A DNA stretch of 64,000 nucleotides from Harriotta raleighana (GCA_050575255.1 JBNZDD010013376.1:127318-191317), one strand, 5' to 3'. Counted from the stretch's first letter, positions 1 through 13,409 are shown. A program made the numbers and translations. The notes: a model not told the origin generated them from the sequence alone.

Positions 1-114
1 CACAACCGCACATTCATATAACAAAATTACATTTGCATAGCGCCCTTCATACAACTACACATAGAAATGCATTCAGAAATACATACGCACAAACACACAT
101 ATACACATGCACAA

Positions 115-575
115 AAAACAACAACAACAAAATTATATTTGTATTGCACCTTTCTCGTCGGGAGGAAGTCCCAAGGCACTGGACAGTATTTCAGACCCGA
201 GTTGGGTTTGGTATCGGGGATGGTGGAGAGAAGGGAGGAGAGGGGAGCGATCGATGAGACAATTGAAGAAGAATCCTTTGAGATGTGTGGGGTGGGGAAT
301 AAGGAACAGGCCAGAGCCCGTTGATCGGAGGAAGTAGGCAGATTGATAGCGGGGTTAGGAGGTCGCAGAGGTAAGATGGGGCAAAGCCATGGAGGGCTTT
401 GAAGGTGAGGACCAGGATGTTTAATTAAATCCTCTGGGTGATGGAAAGCCAATGAAGTTGGGCAAGAATGGGGGAGATGTGGTCACGGAACTTGGTGCGG
501 TAAAGGACACCAGCTGCAGAGTTCTGGATGATCTTCAGCCTATTGAGGGAGGAGTTGGGAAAGCCAACAAGCAGG
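115..575 (-). mobile_element. L2 LINE 3' fragment
   Basis: (AAC)n tail followed by 'tttctcgtcgggaggaagtcccaaggcactg', the L2 3' end that recurs throughout the window. The minus strand carries a degenerate L2 ORF2 C-terminus. Confidence 0.7.
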
Positions 576-660
576 GCTCGGTTGGTGTAATCGAGACTGC
601 ACAGGCACCACCAACAACAATAAAATTACATTCATAGAGCGAGCTTCACATCGGGCAGAC

Positions 661-930
661 GTGTGTAGAGGAAGCTTTACTGTGTCTCTAACTCTGACCT
701 GGAAGTATGGACGGAGGGACAGTTTAGAGGAAAATTTATTGTGTCTCTATGCCTGACTTGAGAATGTCAACGGATGTTCGGTAGAGTGATCTTTACTATG
801 TCTCTAACCCTGACCTGGGAGTTTTAGACATACAGTGTAGAGAGAGCTTTACTGTATCTTTAACCTTGACCTGGGAGTGTTGATGGTTGCACAGTGTAGA
901 GGAAGCTTTAATGTAACTCTAACCCTGAGG
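661..930. repeat. Degenerate ~58-bp tandem repeat, ~5 copies (acagtgtagaggaagctttactgtgtctctaaccctgacctgggagtg...)
   Basis: The unit visibly recurs at ~664, ~722, ~781, ~835 and ~893. It resembles a satellite-like repeat common in shark genomes. Confidence 0.8.
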
Positions 931-1284
931 GTGGTGGGGTGAGGACAGGGTGGGCGATTTCACCAGAGTTCACAAACCAAAATATTGTGAAAGTGACAAA
1001 CGAGCATATTTAATAGCAGAAATAGTTTCAACAGAAAGAGCATGAGAACATCAGAAATAAGAGCAGGAGTAGGCCATTCAGCCCCTCAAGCCTGCCCTGT
1101 CATTCAATAAGATCATGGCTGATCCTCTAAACCAGTGGTTTCCAAACTTTGAATAGCAGTACCTCTCTAACTCAGTAATGTTTTTGTTACGTTCCCCACA
1201 CCCTCCTTCACACCTGGCTGTGCACACTTGGGTCCTCAGCTCCGCCTCCACACGTACTTGGAGCAGCAAACTGAAATATCTATA

Positions 1285-1433
1285 CAGTACTCTCGTGTGA
1301 CAATCGATTCATTAAATACGCCACCCCTATTCTGCCAGATAACTTCTGGTTAATCGAATGGGGACTTTTTTTGGACGTGGCGGTTATACGGATGTTCCGG
1401 TTCATCGAGTCACAGATAAACAGGCTTTTACTG
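1285..1433. mobile_element. Tc1/mariner-pogo (Tigger-like) MITE, ~149 bp
   Basis: TA|cagtactctc ... ggcttttactg|TA termini with TA duplication. A homologous copy lies at 11767-11914. Confidence 0.6.
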
Positions 1434-1730
1434 TACAAAGTTAATGCACAGACATATTTATATCATTGATAGTAATGAAAAAATTTGGGAGTTTAATAAA
1501 CTATTACAGATAAACCCAGGAGATGTGGGGGCTTTAGAATCCCATTTCTAGTGTTTTACCCAGAAAGGCATTTATTATTTAAATACAAAGTTAATGCAAA
1601 AACACATTGATATATTTGATGTTAATGCAGAATTAGGAATGTTTTGCATGGTTGCACTTACAATCCTGGGAATCTGGGGAGTTTATAAACCACTTCATGT
1701 GTTTATCGTTTGGATTTTAATAAACTATTG
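1434..1730. repeat. Two-copy ~150-bp degenerate tandem duplication
   Basis: 'tacaaagttaatgca' at 1434 and 1584, each followed by similar sequence. Confidence 0.6.
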
Positions 1731-2385
1731 GCTTTGAATCCTGGGCGGGCGCAGACTGGTTTCTCTTGAAGCCTCACGAGGTTGCTCCTCTCCCACCCAG
1801 ACTCCGTTATAACGTCAATGACAGCCACGGGCCTGCGCGGATGCTGCCCCTTATTACCTTCACAGTGACCCCTCTCCACCCCTTAACCCTCACAATGATT
1901 CCCTGCTGCCCTCACACTGACTTACTTGTGCAGTGACTGTGGGTGTGCGGGATAAAGTGTAGTGTTCTATTATTCTATCATATTGTTATTACTGGTTTAT
2001 TATTATGATTAACCACACACAACAACAATAACAAAATTACGCTTATAGAGCGCGTTTCACGTCAGGAGGACGTCCCAACAATACATTGATATTATGTAGC
2101 ACCCACCAAGCCGGGCAGCGGCCCTGTACGAAATAGCGGAGCATGATATTTCATTGCATACCTGTATATAGTACTGGTAACCTTCCCTCCTCCATCCGTC
2201 CCTCTCCTCTCTTTCCCTCACTCTCTGCTCCCTTCCCCTGTCCCCCTCTCCCACTTCCCCTCCTCTCTCACCTCTCAGTTTATCCTCCCCGCTCCCTTTC
2301 CACCCCCCCTTCTTCCTCCCAACCTTCGCCCACTCAGTTTGCCCTCCCCGGCCTACTCTCCCCTCCCACCTCCGAATTGAGACCC

Positions 2386-3075
2386 TAACCGTTAGCCACG
2401 TGAGCAGACAGTTAGACGCAGGCGTCACTGCGCAGGCGCCGATCGGGGGAAAAAACAGTCACGAGCCCAGAGACGGCACTGCGCAGACGCCGAGTTCAAA
2501 TCGTAACCGTCAGCCTCGCGCCCACAGACTGCCAGAGAGAGAGACGCCACATCAGGGAGAGAGAGAGAGAGAGAGAATGTGTGTGAGAGACGCCACATCA
2601 GGAGTTGCTGTTCATCAGGGAGAGAGAGTGTGTGAGAGAGACGCCACATCAGGAGTTGCTGTTCATCAGGGAGAGAGAGTGTGTGAGAGAGACGCCACAG
2701 CAGAAGCTGCTGAGAGACAAGGAGAAAGTGTGTGTGAGAGAGAGAGACGCCACATCAGGAGCTGCTGAGAGACTGAGAGACAGCACTCCCGCTCAGCCTC
2801 CGAGGTTTCCCTCACACTTCCCCTTACTCCCCGCTCTCTCCTTTCCTGCCTCTCCCTCACTTTATCTTCCTTTCCTCTGTCTCCCGGAGTCTCTCTCTTT
2901 CCTTCCCTCCACCCCCCAACTCCCTCTCCTCAATGTTAATCTCCACCGCCTGGTCCCTGCCTTCCGCTCAGACAGACAAAGTCACTGCGCAGGCGCCGAG
3001 TTCAAATAATCGTTATCATGGCGCCCGGAGACGGCACTGCGCAGGCGTCGATTCGAAAAAATCTGCCGTTAGCTT
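2386..3075. promoter_or_regulatory. CpG-rich promoter-like region with duplicated NRF1 / MYB / CHR-like motif modules
   Basis: TGCGCA(G)GCGC-type motifs at 2429, 2480, 2986 and 3038. TTCAAA/TTCGAA at 2495, 3001 and 3052. TAACCGTTA-like motifs at 2386, 2504 and 3007. Confidence 0.5.
2535..2770. repeat. ~52-bp minisatellite (gagagacgccacatcaggagttgctgttcatcagggagagagagtgtgtga), ~5 copies
   Basis: The 'gagacgccaca' core recurs at ~2541, ~2586, ~2637, ~2689 and ~2743. Confidence 0.85.
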
Positions 3076-5899
3076 CGCGCCAAGAGACAGAGAGGAGCCA
3101 AAGCCAGGAACTGGCGGTCCTCAGGGAGAGAGAGAGAGAAAGACAGAGAAATGCAGATGACACAGCCCCCGAGCTCTCCCTCACACTTTCCTCTCTCTCA
3201 CGCTCCCTCCCTTTCTTCCTCTTTCCCTCCTGTCTCCCTTCCTCCGTCTCTCTCAGGCTCTCCCAATCTCAACCTCTCTCGCCCTCCCTCACACTCACCC
3301 TCCCTCACACTCTCTCTCCTACCATCGATATTCTCTGGCTCGCAGTGACGGAGAGGGGAGACAGAGAGAGGGAGAGCGCGGAGAGGGGGAAGAGGGAGGG
3401 TGGGGAGGAGAGGGAGAGCTCGGAGATGGAGAGGGATGGGATGTCGAATCACCAGCTACAGACTGCGACACAGACAGAAGGACATCTTTCCCGGAATAGA
3501 CACGAAGAGATAAGAGAGAGGGGGTTGGAAGGGGAAGGGGTGATGAGATAGAGAAAGAGGGATAGATACAGGGAGTGAGATAAACAGAGAGAGAATGGGT
3601 AAGTTAGATATACAACAATGGGAGAGACACAAACTCAAAAAGACACGGAGATGCAGAGGAAACAACAGAGATGGTGGGAGACACATGGATATATTCCGTG
3701 AAAGTGACAGAGAGAGGTACACAAGATCAGAGATACATGCAATAGAGAGAGAGACACCGCCAGAGAGAGGGGGTAAAATATACTGGAAGCGATACAGACA
3801 TAGAGAGAATGAGGCGTACAGATGCATAAGTAGACAGATAAATGAAGGCACAGACGGAAATCAACAGAGAGAAACCAATGAGAGAAACATTTCGAATCTT
3901 AGAATAAATAAATACATAATCCTTGTGTTTCATGTGATACCTTAACTCTCTTTCGAAATGTCTCAAAAGATAGCAAATTTTTCGTTCTTTCCTGTGCAAA
4001 GATTTCTGAAATAAAACCGGTCATTCACCTCATGTGTGTTTATTTGCTACTTAGCTGCCGCATTTGAAAAAAATGCAATCTTTACCAAAAATCCTGTTTT
4101 ATACTTTCTGAAGTTTGGACAACGAGGATTGGCCAGTACAAGGATCGTTACTATTGTGTCTATAACATGAGACGCTACGTTTTGTGAGGGGTGGTTTACA
4201 AACATGATTTACTTTGTTCTGTTTTAGTCAGCACTGTGAAGCCAATATCGGACATGGGACAAAAACAAAATGTAATTTTGTTATTGTGTTATATTTTTAC
4301 GTCAAACACATAATGTGCGCTGAGATGCAGTCCAGCGTGGAGGGCGCTATATAAATTGAAGTAGCTTTTGTGGTTAATTTCAGGTTTATTTGTTTTGTAG
4401 TTAGACGAAGAACATAAGAAACAAGAATGTGATCAATTTTAAAGACAAGATTGATTTGAAATGTGGCACTTGATGTATCTAAGATCACAATATTGTATTA
4501 GAATTATTTTCCAGGTTCATACAGGAGGGTTACAGTACAATGCGGTAGCATGCAAAAAAAACCCTGACCCTTTGTGGACTCCTGTAACACAGGAGCATTC
4601 GCCTTACAAGCGTCTGTCCTGTGTTCGAATCCAGGTAGGTCAGGGCGAAACCCTGGGCATGTTTCCTTACTTCGCATGCCTATTCATAATCCCTCAAAAC
4701 AAGAACATAAGAATTAGGAGCAGGAGTAGGCCCTTTGAGCCTGCCCCAACATTCAATAAAATCATGGCTGATCTTCCGACCTAATGCCCTATCCTCATAA
4801 CCTCTAAACCCTCTATTTTAAAAAAATCTATCAGTCTCAGTCTCGATTGGTCACTTCAATCCATGATGCTTTGTAGGACACTGCTCTGCATAATTGGATG
4901 CCACGTTTTGCCCACAAAAATGTAGTCAATTCACTTTACAGTATTTTCTGTGAAGTACTTTGAGCCATCTACAAGACTTTAAAAGCTCTGTATAAAATGC
5001 TATCATTAAACCCTGCAAAGTGTGATTTCAAAATTAAATCAAATTTTCCAGAAATATGTAAACGAAAAAGCTCAAATAACTTTTACTGAAGTATATCAAA
5101 AAGACAAAAGAATTATGAAGTTGGTTGGATGTCCAGTGAGGAAAGAAATGAAGAATAATTTATTTCTTCAACAAGGATGTCGTCACTGCCTGGGCTTGGA
5201 CCATGGTTAACATCTGAACACGCCAACCCATTCCACCACAGAGGCTTTTGTCTACATCCTTCTACCAGCATTGTATTGACTTATCATGGATTCATAAGAA
5301 ATTACAATACCACAGTAAGTTATTGAATGGTGAAATTTGACAACTAATTCAGAAACAGAGTATTGTAGGAATAAATTGAAATGTAGGTAGAAATATATGT
5401 GATAAGTATCCTTATGTAAATTCTGGTGTAATAGTCAGCAATGATCGTGTCACTTTAAAAGATAAATAACAAAAGTATATTAACTGGTAATCACGATAAC
5501 GTGAATCACACAAATAGTTATACATAAATAATACGATAAATTGACAGTAAAGTAATAAGGACACAAACAAAATGCATGAAGGTTAACAAGCTTTTACCCT
5601 AAGGATTAATAGCTAATTTACCTAATCCCACGTGTGCGTATCGCTCCCACCTCACAATGTATGCATGTGTGAGTTTGTGAATACAATACCGGATTATGGA
5701 TGTCTGGCAAGAAGCACCACCTCAATGTCCAGTTTACCTCTGTTGGTAGATTTACTTGCTGCTTTGCTCTGCCCTGTGTGCTTTTTACTCAACTTCTGCA
5801 TGCTTCGTTCTCTCTCTCTCAGGAAGCTCTTTAGGTTGACTAGTTGGGTAGATATTCTGCTTGATAGATCAGGTAGGCTTTTCTCTCTTTCTCATTTGT

Positions 5900-6560
5900 C
5901 CCACTTAACGCTTCAATGTTATTGTCCAGGCTACAGTACCTGCTGATCGGACAACAACTGAACTCTCTCAACCACACAACCCCCAAGCAACCAGACCTCG
6001 CCTCTTCTGACCGTTGGCTCGCTGAGGTGTACTGTCCTCCTGCTATACTGACTCTAATTTTCCTGCTGATTTTCTTTAGTCCTTCAAAGGATTGTGTCAT
6101 TACCCCTCAAACCTTCATATTCTTATACCGCTTTAGCAGCATCTGGACAATAACCAGTTTTTTTCCCGTTGGAACTGGCCATCGACCCACAAGTATCTGT
6201 TTATTGACCTTTGTCCAACTCATTGTCAAACTCTTTGATTAAGTTTTTGAAAGAACATATCTTCTTAAATATTGTCCCTTAATGTTCCTTCAACCTTTGT
6301 ACCTCGCACATCACAACTGCCTCAATATCTTGTCCTCCATTCCAATGGTTCTCCCTTATCTCATGTTCTATTTTGCTCATGTCTTTACCCTGCTAGCTAA
6401 TGTATCTATTCTGTTGCCTTAAATGCTAGTCATGGCATGCAGTCCCTTCTTCCACTCCCTTGCCTCTTTATCTCCAATGTCCCAAAGGTGCCTTGACTCC
6501 CTAATTTTACCTACCCTGAGGCGACTTGTTCATTGTCTGTTTATGATTCACTTCTAGTTT
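5900..6560 (-). mobile_element. Highly degenerate CR1 LINE (endonuclease region) fragment
   Basis: Minus-strand remnants resemble CR1 ORF2 EN motifs, with many stops and frameshifts. Confidence 0.4.
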
Positions 6561-6940
6561 GGACTCAGCATTACGTGCCTGATCTTTGAATGACATGCAG
6601 TACATGGTGGAATACGACCCCAGCATGGAAGGAGAGTGGCTTCTTTTATACTAACTTCCATTTTGAATTGTTTGTAAACCTCATATAATGTCTAATATAT
6701 CTTAAAAAGTTAACACAGAAACCCCACGATTTACACGCCGATGGTTGGGTTTGGGGCTGTGGTTGCCACGAGGACTGTGGTTGGGACTAAGTTTGATAAT
6801 GGGGCTGCTTTGGGGACTAATTACCCCCTCCCTCTCTATCACCACAACTAAAACCCACCACCACCCTCACATGCAGAACACACAGCACCATCTGATTTAA
6901 TGAGGAAAATCGTCCAAGGCCAACAGTTGTCGCAAGGGGC

Positions 6941-7417
6941 TGTCGAATTTAGGATGTAGTCACTATAGCTAAGATTAAACAAACACTCGCAAACAGAGTT
7001 AGCACAGAAATATAGTTTGTTAAACACTTGCAGCAAGGAGAGGGAAAGTACATCTCTCTAGAGAGTCGGTACTCTACCTCCACCGATGGGGCATTCCCAT
7101 GGGTTAATATACAGAATCGATCTCAGATTACCTCTCGACATAACAATGTTTGATAGACAGTCACTCAGTAAACAATCAAAAATAGTTCTGAGACAATACC
7201 AGGCAGTCCAAGGACGTTGACTGGTTCTGTTAGATAAATTCCCAATCATTCAGACATTCCAAAGTCCATGACGTACTTTCTCGTTTTGTACCAGACAAAT
7301 TGGCTGGCTTCAGGAGAAAAGCGACCAGGTAGTCACAATAAGCTTGTTTTTCGGTTACGGGCAACACTACAAACATTCTAATGAAATACTATTTTTAACA
7401 TAAAGTACAATTCCACA
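6941..7417 (-). mobile_element. Solo LTR (477 bp) with 4-bp TSD GGGC
   Basis: TG...CA termini (tgtcgaa...ttccaca) flanked by gggc at 6937-6940 and 7418-7421. Closely similar inverted copy at 62652-63127. Confidence 0.85.
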
Positions 7418-10400
7418 GGGCTTGGAGTGCAGATCAGTGTAAATACAGAAAAACCACCAGAAATACACATAGTATTATTATTATTATTATTATTTAGTCA
7501 TCACAAATGCATCTCATAGATAACAACAACAAATTACATTTGTATCTCACCTTTGAAGTAAGTGAAGACATCCCAAGATATTGGGACACACATGCGTGCA
7601 CACAAGCATTGCTGTTTATTTCAAGCAGGCTCGTTGGACGAGTTGAACCATCTGTTCTTATCAGAAGTTTCTAAATAAAATAAATTAGATGTTACACATG
7701 CTACATTTGACACACACATATACACCCAGACTATGAACGCAGATTACAAGATACACACTAATAGCTCGACTACAGGCAGTACAAACTGTACAGGCTGAAC
7801 AGCCTGTAGACGAGGTGTACAGGCTGTACAGACACACATTTAGACAACCGGGGACACAGAAAAACAGGACTCACTAGGAGTCAATAGGGTAGACATGCAC
7901 ACATACACACAGAGTATACGCTAGGCACACAACAGATTACAGAATAGAATCATTGAATATGTCAGTAGAGCAAGAGGCCAATTTACCCACAGTGTCTTTG
8001 GAAGACTGATCTGTCTCACTCCCCCACTCTTTCCGTAAATCCTTGCGAATGTTTCCTTTAGTTTCGAAGTACCTATCCAATTCTCGTTTGGAAGTACAAG
8101 TGGTCATTGCTTAACATCATAGCAGTTAAGTGTGATTTCAAGCGAGGCGACATTAAGCAAACTTGCGTAAGAATACCAGATGTTCAGCGCCTACGCTACC
8201 CAATGTAGTTTTTTCCACCCACTGGCAAACAGCATAACAGTGAACGTTGCAATGTTAATATACCCCTATGGATATATGTACCCATCTGGATATATGTACC
8301 CCTATGTAATAACGAAACCACTTTGATCATATCAACGTTAAACGAGGCCCGACTTGCAGTGAATTTGTTTCGACCAACCTTTCATACTGTAACAACTTAT
8401 CTTAAATCTTTTCTATTTGGTTACTAACCCAGCCACCAGAGGAAACAATTTATCCCAATCTAATCTCTTCTGCACTCACTTGTGTGCCAATTGCTGCCAC
8501 ATTTCGCCCCTAAAATACAGTCAATTCACTTTACAGTGTATCCTGTGAAGCGCTTTGAGACACCTCGAAGAAATGATAAGATGCTATTACTGTTACTGTA
8601 TCCTTTCTAACGCATGGTTCCCTTAATTAGACACAATACTCCTGCTGAGAACTAAACAGTTATTTGTAAAGGTTTAGCAAAACCTCCTCATTTTTTTACC
8701 TTATGCTTCTATTTCAAACCAAAGCATCCCATTTTTAAAAATATCTCTATCAACCTGTCGTGTCACCTCATATATCTCTGTATTTGAACATCCAGGTCGC
8801 TGAACTGCTTTATAACTTTTAAAACGATACCATGTATTGTACATTGTTCTCGTTCTTCATCCAAAAATCATTTCACAATTTGCATTAAACTACATAAGCT
8901 GTATATCTGCCCATTTCACCACACTGTCTATGATCTACTGCAGTCTGCTACCATCCTCTTCATTGTTTAAATCTGGAACTCTGTCTCCCAAAATGCTGTG
9001 GATGCTGGATCCATTCACTTTTCCAAGGTTGAGGCACATATATATTAGTTAGGTCGGGATATTAAAGGATATGGTGCAAGGGTGGGTAACTGAAATTGAG
9101 CTGTAGATCAGATATGATTTTATAATATGGCGGAAATCAAGGGCTGAATAGACTCCTCCAGTTGCTAGGTTTCCGCCATCTGCAAACTTTAAAATGTTGC
9201 TCTTGTTACCCAAGTCCAAGTTATTCATTTATATCAGAATGGGCAATGGACCTAATGCTGACGCTTCGGGGTGGGAAGGTGGAGGGCAGAGGATGGGAGG
9301 GTGGAGTGTAGAGAGGGTGGGAGCTTGGAGGGCAGAGAGGGTGGGATATTGACCGAAGGCTCGGTCGTAAAGAAGGGTCTTCAGGTGTACCTTGAATGAG
9401 GCTTAGAGGATAGTGTTCCAGAGTTTACTTACATTGAATTTGACAGTGCAGGCACTGTGGTGGGCACAAGGGATAAACAGGAGGCAGGAGCTAGTCTAGG
9501 GGAGGCAATGTGTGTAAGTAGGTGGGAGAGTTAGGCAGGTGTCATAGCCTGAAGGGTTTGAACGTGAGTGAGAGGGGATGAGTTGAGAGACCAAGGGATG
9601 TAGAGTGGTGAGTTCAGGAAGGAGGGCAGCGGGGGAATGGTGATCAATCAATGAATCAAAATTTTATTTATATAGCGCCTTTCACGTCGGGAGGACGTCC
9701 CAAGGCGCTGTACAATCAAGTAGGGGGGGAGGGCTCAGGGAAAGGAATAGGAATGGGATGGTTGGTGACAGATTGCATGTGACACAGGAGTAATGAGCTG
9801 TGGACTTGCTGAGAATCACTGAAACATAAAGTGCACTGACCAGTGTCAGCATCACAGGAGGCCTGATCCTCGATTGTCTGGTCCAGTGGGAGAGGAGAGG
9901 TCGTTGGCTGTCGATCTGTGGAGACAGAGGAAGTATTACTCAAGGAATCCCTGCTCAAACTCCAGTTCTTACTTCAAGCCCTAGAATACACCAGTCAAGC
10001 ACCAGGTTACATTACCTTTCATGTTCATCAAAATCAAAGAAGATGGTGATCATAAATGAATCGTTCGATTTGACACAGCACCATAAAATGTGTTTGAGAC
10101 ATCTCAAAGCACATCACAGGATACAGTGTAAAATGCAGTGACTGTATTTTGCGGGTGAAACTTGCACATGACGAAGGTGCTCAAACAGTTGTGGGATAAG
10201 TGTAAAAATTATTATTATATTATTAAAGCAAAACAATTTAACAGTGGTATATTACACCTGGAAAAATGAACTGTCGATCAACTACCAACTGGGTTCCTAC
10301 TTGCTGCAAGGAAACAGGCATATATGTGGAACGAGCAAACTTGCCCAAAGTGTTTCACTGACCTGCCTGGGAATCAAACTTTGGTCCCTTTGCTTGCAAG

Positions 10401-10765
10401 GTATACGCTCTAACCACTAAGCTGTGGGACACCACACAAAGCTACAGGACCCCACATTATGTAATACGACATGGCAGACACCTGCTAGACTGCCATTGAC
10501 TGTAACGCTGGGAGGTCAGATACAGAACTGATTCCAAATTGGAGCAAAGCTCCCAGAGTGCATCAGGACACCCAGTTTGTGAGATGTCTCCATCAGGACC
10601 ATAGCCCCTAATGGGCAGCCCAGGGACACCGAGCTGACTAACATTTACCAGTAAAATAGCAATAATCCTTGGATTTTGATGTAGTGCTTTTCACATCTTA
10701 TCTTATGCTGTTCTCTCCATCTCTGAAAGACAGTTAAACTGTCCTTCTTCCTTCAAATCCACGCC

Positions 10766-11055
10766 ATGACCGGTACAGCGTTCCACCACCTCAGCCCTAT
10801 TGCCAGACTCTGCCACTACCTGAACCCTGATGCTGCCAAAACACAGTTCATGGCCTTGCCCCAGCCTATCTCTCTGACCTGCTGTCTCCATATCTGCCTG
10901 CCGGTCCTCTCCGTTCAACAGGCTCTGGCCTACTCCATGTCCCCCACCCTACCATCAGTGGCTGGGCTTTCAGCCCCTCTGCCCCCACAATCTGGATCTC
11001 CATCCCGCAGTCCCTTCTCCTCGCTTCCTCCCTTTCCTCCTTCAAGGCCGGACTC
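10766..11055 (+). mobile_element. L2 LINE ORF2 C-terminal fragment
   Basis: Translation 'TAFHHLSPIARLCHYLNPDAAKT' is typical of L2. It abuts an opposite-orientation L2 tail at ~11056-11170. Confidence 0.7.
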
Positions 11056-11258
11056 AATCAATCAAAAATCAAATCAAAATTTTATTTATAAAGCGCCTTT
11101 CACGTCGGGAGGACGTCCCAAAGCGCTGTACAGCCAAGTATGGGGGGAGGGCTCAGGGAAAGGAGTAGGAAAAAATGACTGTTCTCACCTCCCACCCCCA
11201 TTCTCCACCTGCTTGTGTCCCAACCTAACTATTTCTCACCTTAGGATGTCCCCCATAT

Positions 11259-11427
11259 NNNNNNNNNNNNNNNNNNNNNNNNNNNNNNNNNNNNNNNNNN
11301 NNNNNNNNNNNNNNNNNNNNNNNNNNNNNNNNNNNNNNNNNNNNNNNNNNNNNNNNNNNNNNNNNNNNNNNNNNNNNNNNNNNNNNNNNNNNNNNNNNNN
11401 NNNNNNNNNNNNNNNNNNNNNNNNNNN
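11259..11427. other. Assembly gap (N run)
   Basis: Run of N. Confidence 0.99.
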
Positions 11428-11725
11428 CTCTGTCTGTGTGTGTCTCTTTTGCTCTCTGTGTCCCTCTGTGTGTGTGTCTCTCTCTCTCCCTCTTTCTCTC
11501 TCTCTATGGTCTCTCTGTGTGTTTCTGTGCCTGTATGGGTCTCCCTCCCTCTCTGTATCTAAGTATGTATCTCTCTCTGTGTCTCTGAGTGTGTCTCTAT
11601 CTGTGTCTGTCTCTCTATCTGTGTGTGTGTGTGTGTCCCTCTCTATCTGTGTCTGTGCGTTTCTGTGTCCTTCTCTCACCTGTAAATGGCTGCTGTCCAG
11701 AGCTCTGAGCATCTCACCAGTTTAG

Positions 11726-11757
11726 ACACTCCTAGTGGCCAATCGCCAGTACTGCAA
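11726..11757 (-). promoter_or_regulatory. Candidate CTCF site with upstream (TGCAG) module
   Basis: Minus strand reads TTGCAGTACTGGCGATTGGCCACTAGGAGTGT, matching the extended CTCF consensus TGCAG-N~10-TGGCCACYAGRKGGC except at the 3' end. Confidence 0.45.
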
Positions 11758-11766
11758 TCGCGAATA

Positions 11767-11914
11767 CTGCACTCGCCTGTGACAGTCCATTCATTAAACA
11801 CATCATCACTTTTTGCCGGATAAATTCCGGTTAATTGAATCCTGACTTGTTTTTGAGGTGGCGGTTGAACGGGTTTTCTGGTTCATTGAGTCATGGATAA
11901 AAGAGGTTTTACTG
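11767..11914. mobile_element. Tigger-like MITE, second copy
   Basis: Homologous to 1285-1433; ends gaggttttactg|TA. Confidence 0.6.
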
Positions 11915-12408
11915 TACTTGCCTCAGATTTAACTATATCCCTCTCTAACTTAATACAAAATTCAATCATGTTGTGATCACTCTGCCCTAGAGGAGCTTTA
12001 ATATCTACATTGCTGACGAGCCCTGTTTCGTTGCACAAAACAAGGTATAGGATTGCTGTCCCCTGGTTGGTTCCTCGGCATGCTGCTCAGAAAGATGTTT
12101 CTCATACACTCAATAAACTCTTCCTCTAACATACTTTTGCCGATTTGGTTTTCCCAATCCATGTGAAGAATGAAATCACCCACTATTATTCCTTTACCTT
12201 CCCTACGTGCTCCTCTGATTTCTTGATTAATATCTTGTGCTATATTGTGATCACTATTTGGGGATCTGTATACAAATCCCATTAATATTTTCTGCCCTTT
12301 ATTGTTTATTATTTTCACCCATATTGACTCCATCTCCTGGTTATCAGATTTCAGATCCTTCCTCTCTACTGCTTTTATTTCATCCCTGATTAACAGGGCT
12401 AGCCCCAC
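11915..12408 (-). mobile_element. CR1 LINE endonuclease fragment
   Basis: ORF 11998-12408 reads 'ESIWVKI...GFVYRSPNS...IIVGDF', the APE endonuclease of CR1 ORF2. Confidence 0.85.
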
Positions 12409-12409
12409 C

Positions 12410-12730
12410 CCTGTCTCTGGTAAGAGTGTGTGCGTGGCTGTATGTATGTGCGCGTCTCTATATGAGAGAGTGTGTGTGTGTGAGAGTGTGTCTCTGTGCG
12501 TCTGTGTGTGTCGCTGACCCCCGACCCCTTTTCTCTCCCTGTAGGGGTTCCTGGTGTGAGGATGAGTGTGGCTATGTGTGTGAATGGGGCAGGAGCTGTG
12601 TGTGTGAGAGAGTCTCTGTCTGTGTGGGTGTCTGCGTGTGAGTGTGTCTGTTTGTGTGTCTCACTGACCCCCATCTTGTCTCCCTTGTCCACCAGGGGGT
12701 CCCGGTGTGAGGGTGAGTGTGGCTGCCGTG
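12410..12730. repeat. GT-rich degenerate minisatellite related to 16150-16920
   Basis: Same unit motifs: 'cactgacccc...ggtcc(t/c)ggtgtgaggg/atgagtgtggct'. Confidence 0.7.
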
Positions 12731-13409
12731 CTCCCTGTCCTGGCGAGGATAATGGATGGGGTGAAAGGTGGCCATTTTCCCTGTATTATCGACTGGACAA
12801 GGAGACGATGGGAGACATGATGGTGGGGGGGAGTCCCAGGGGGCAGCGAAGGGGCTACAGGAACTGTTACGAACTCGACTCGTTACTGAAGGCTACTGGT
12901 GAGAGACACAGAGAGAGATAAAGTGGGTGAGAGAGTGTGAGCAAGTGTGTGATAGAGCGAGAGAGAGACTGAGTGACAGAGAGGGAGAGAGACTGAGAGT
13001 CTAAATGCGAAACAGCAAGTGTGAGAGAGACTGAATGTGAGAGTGACTGCGAGATAGAGAGTTTGAGAAATGTACGAGGGGGAGAGAATGTGATGGACTG
13101 AATGACTATGAGACGGTGAGGGAGACTGAAAGAGTGTGAGAGATAGGGTAAGTGGGCAGGAGCCAGGGGGCAGTGAAGGGGCTACAGGAACTGTTCCGAG
13201 CTCGACTGGTCACCAAACACTATTGGTGAGAAACACTGAGAGGGAGAGAGAGACTAAGAGAGTGTGGGGAACTGAGAGAGACCGAGCGAGAGAGAGAGAG
13301 AGACTGAGAGTGTGAGAGAGACTGAGCGAGTGGGAGAGAGAGTCTGCATGAGAGACATACACACAGAGCGAGAGACACACACAGAGACACAGAGAGGGAG
13401 ACTGACCAC

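Noticed and set aside
3018-3945. ORFs of 116-177 aa in the GA/CT-rich region
   Set aside because: Low-complexity purine/pyrimidine tracts with no domain similarity.
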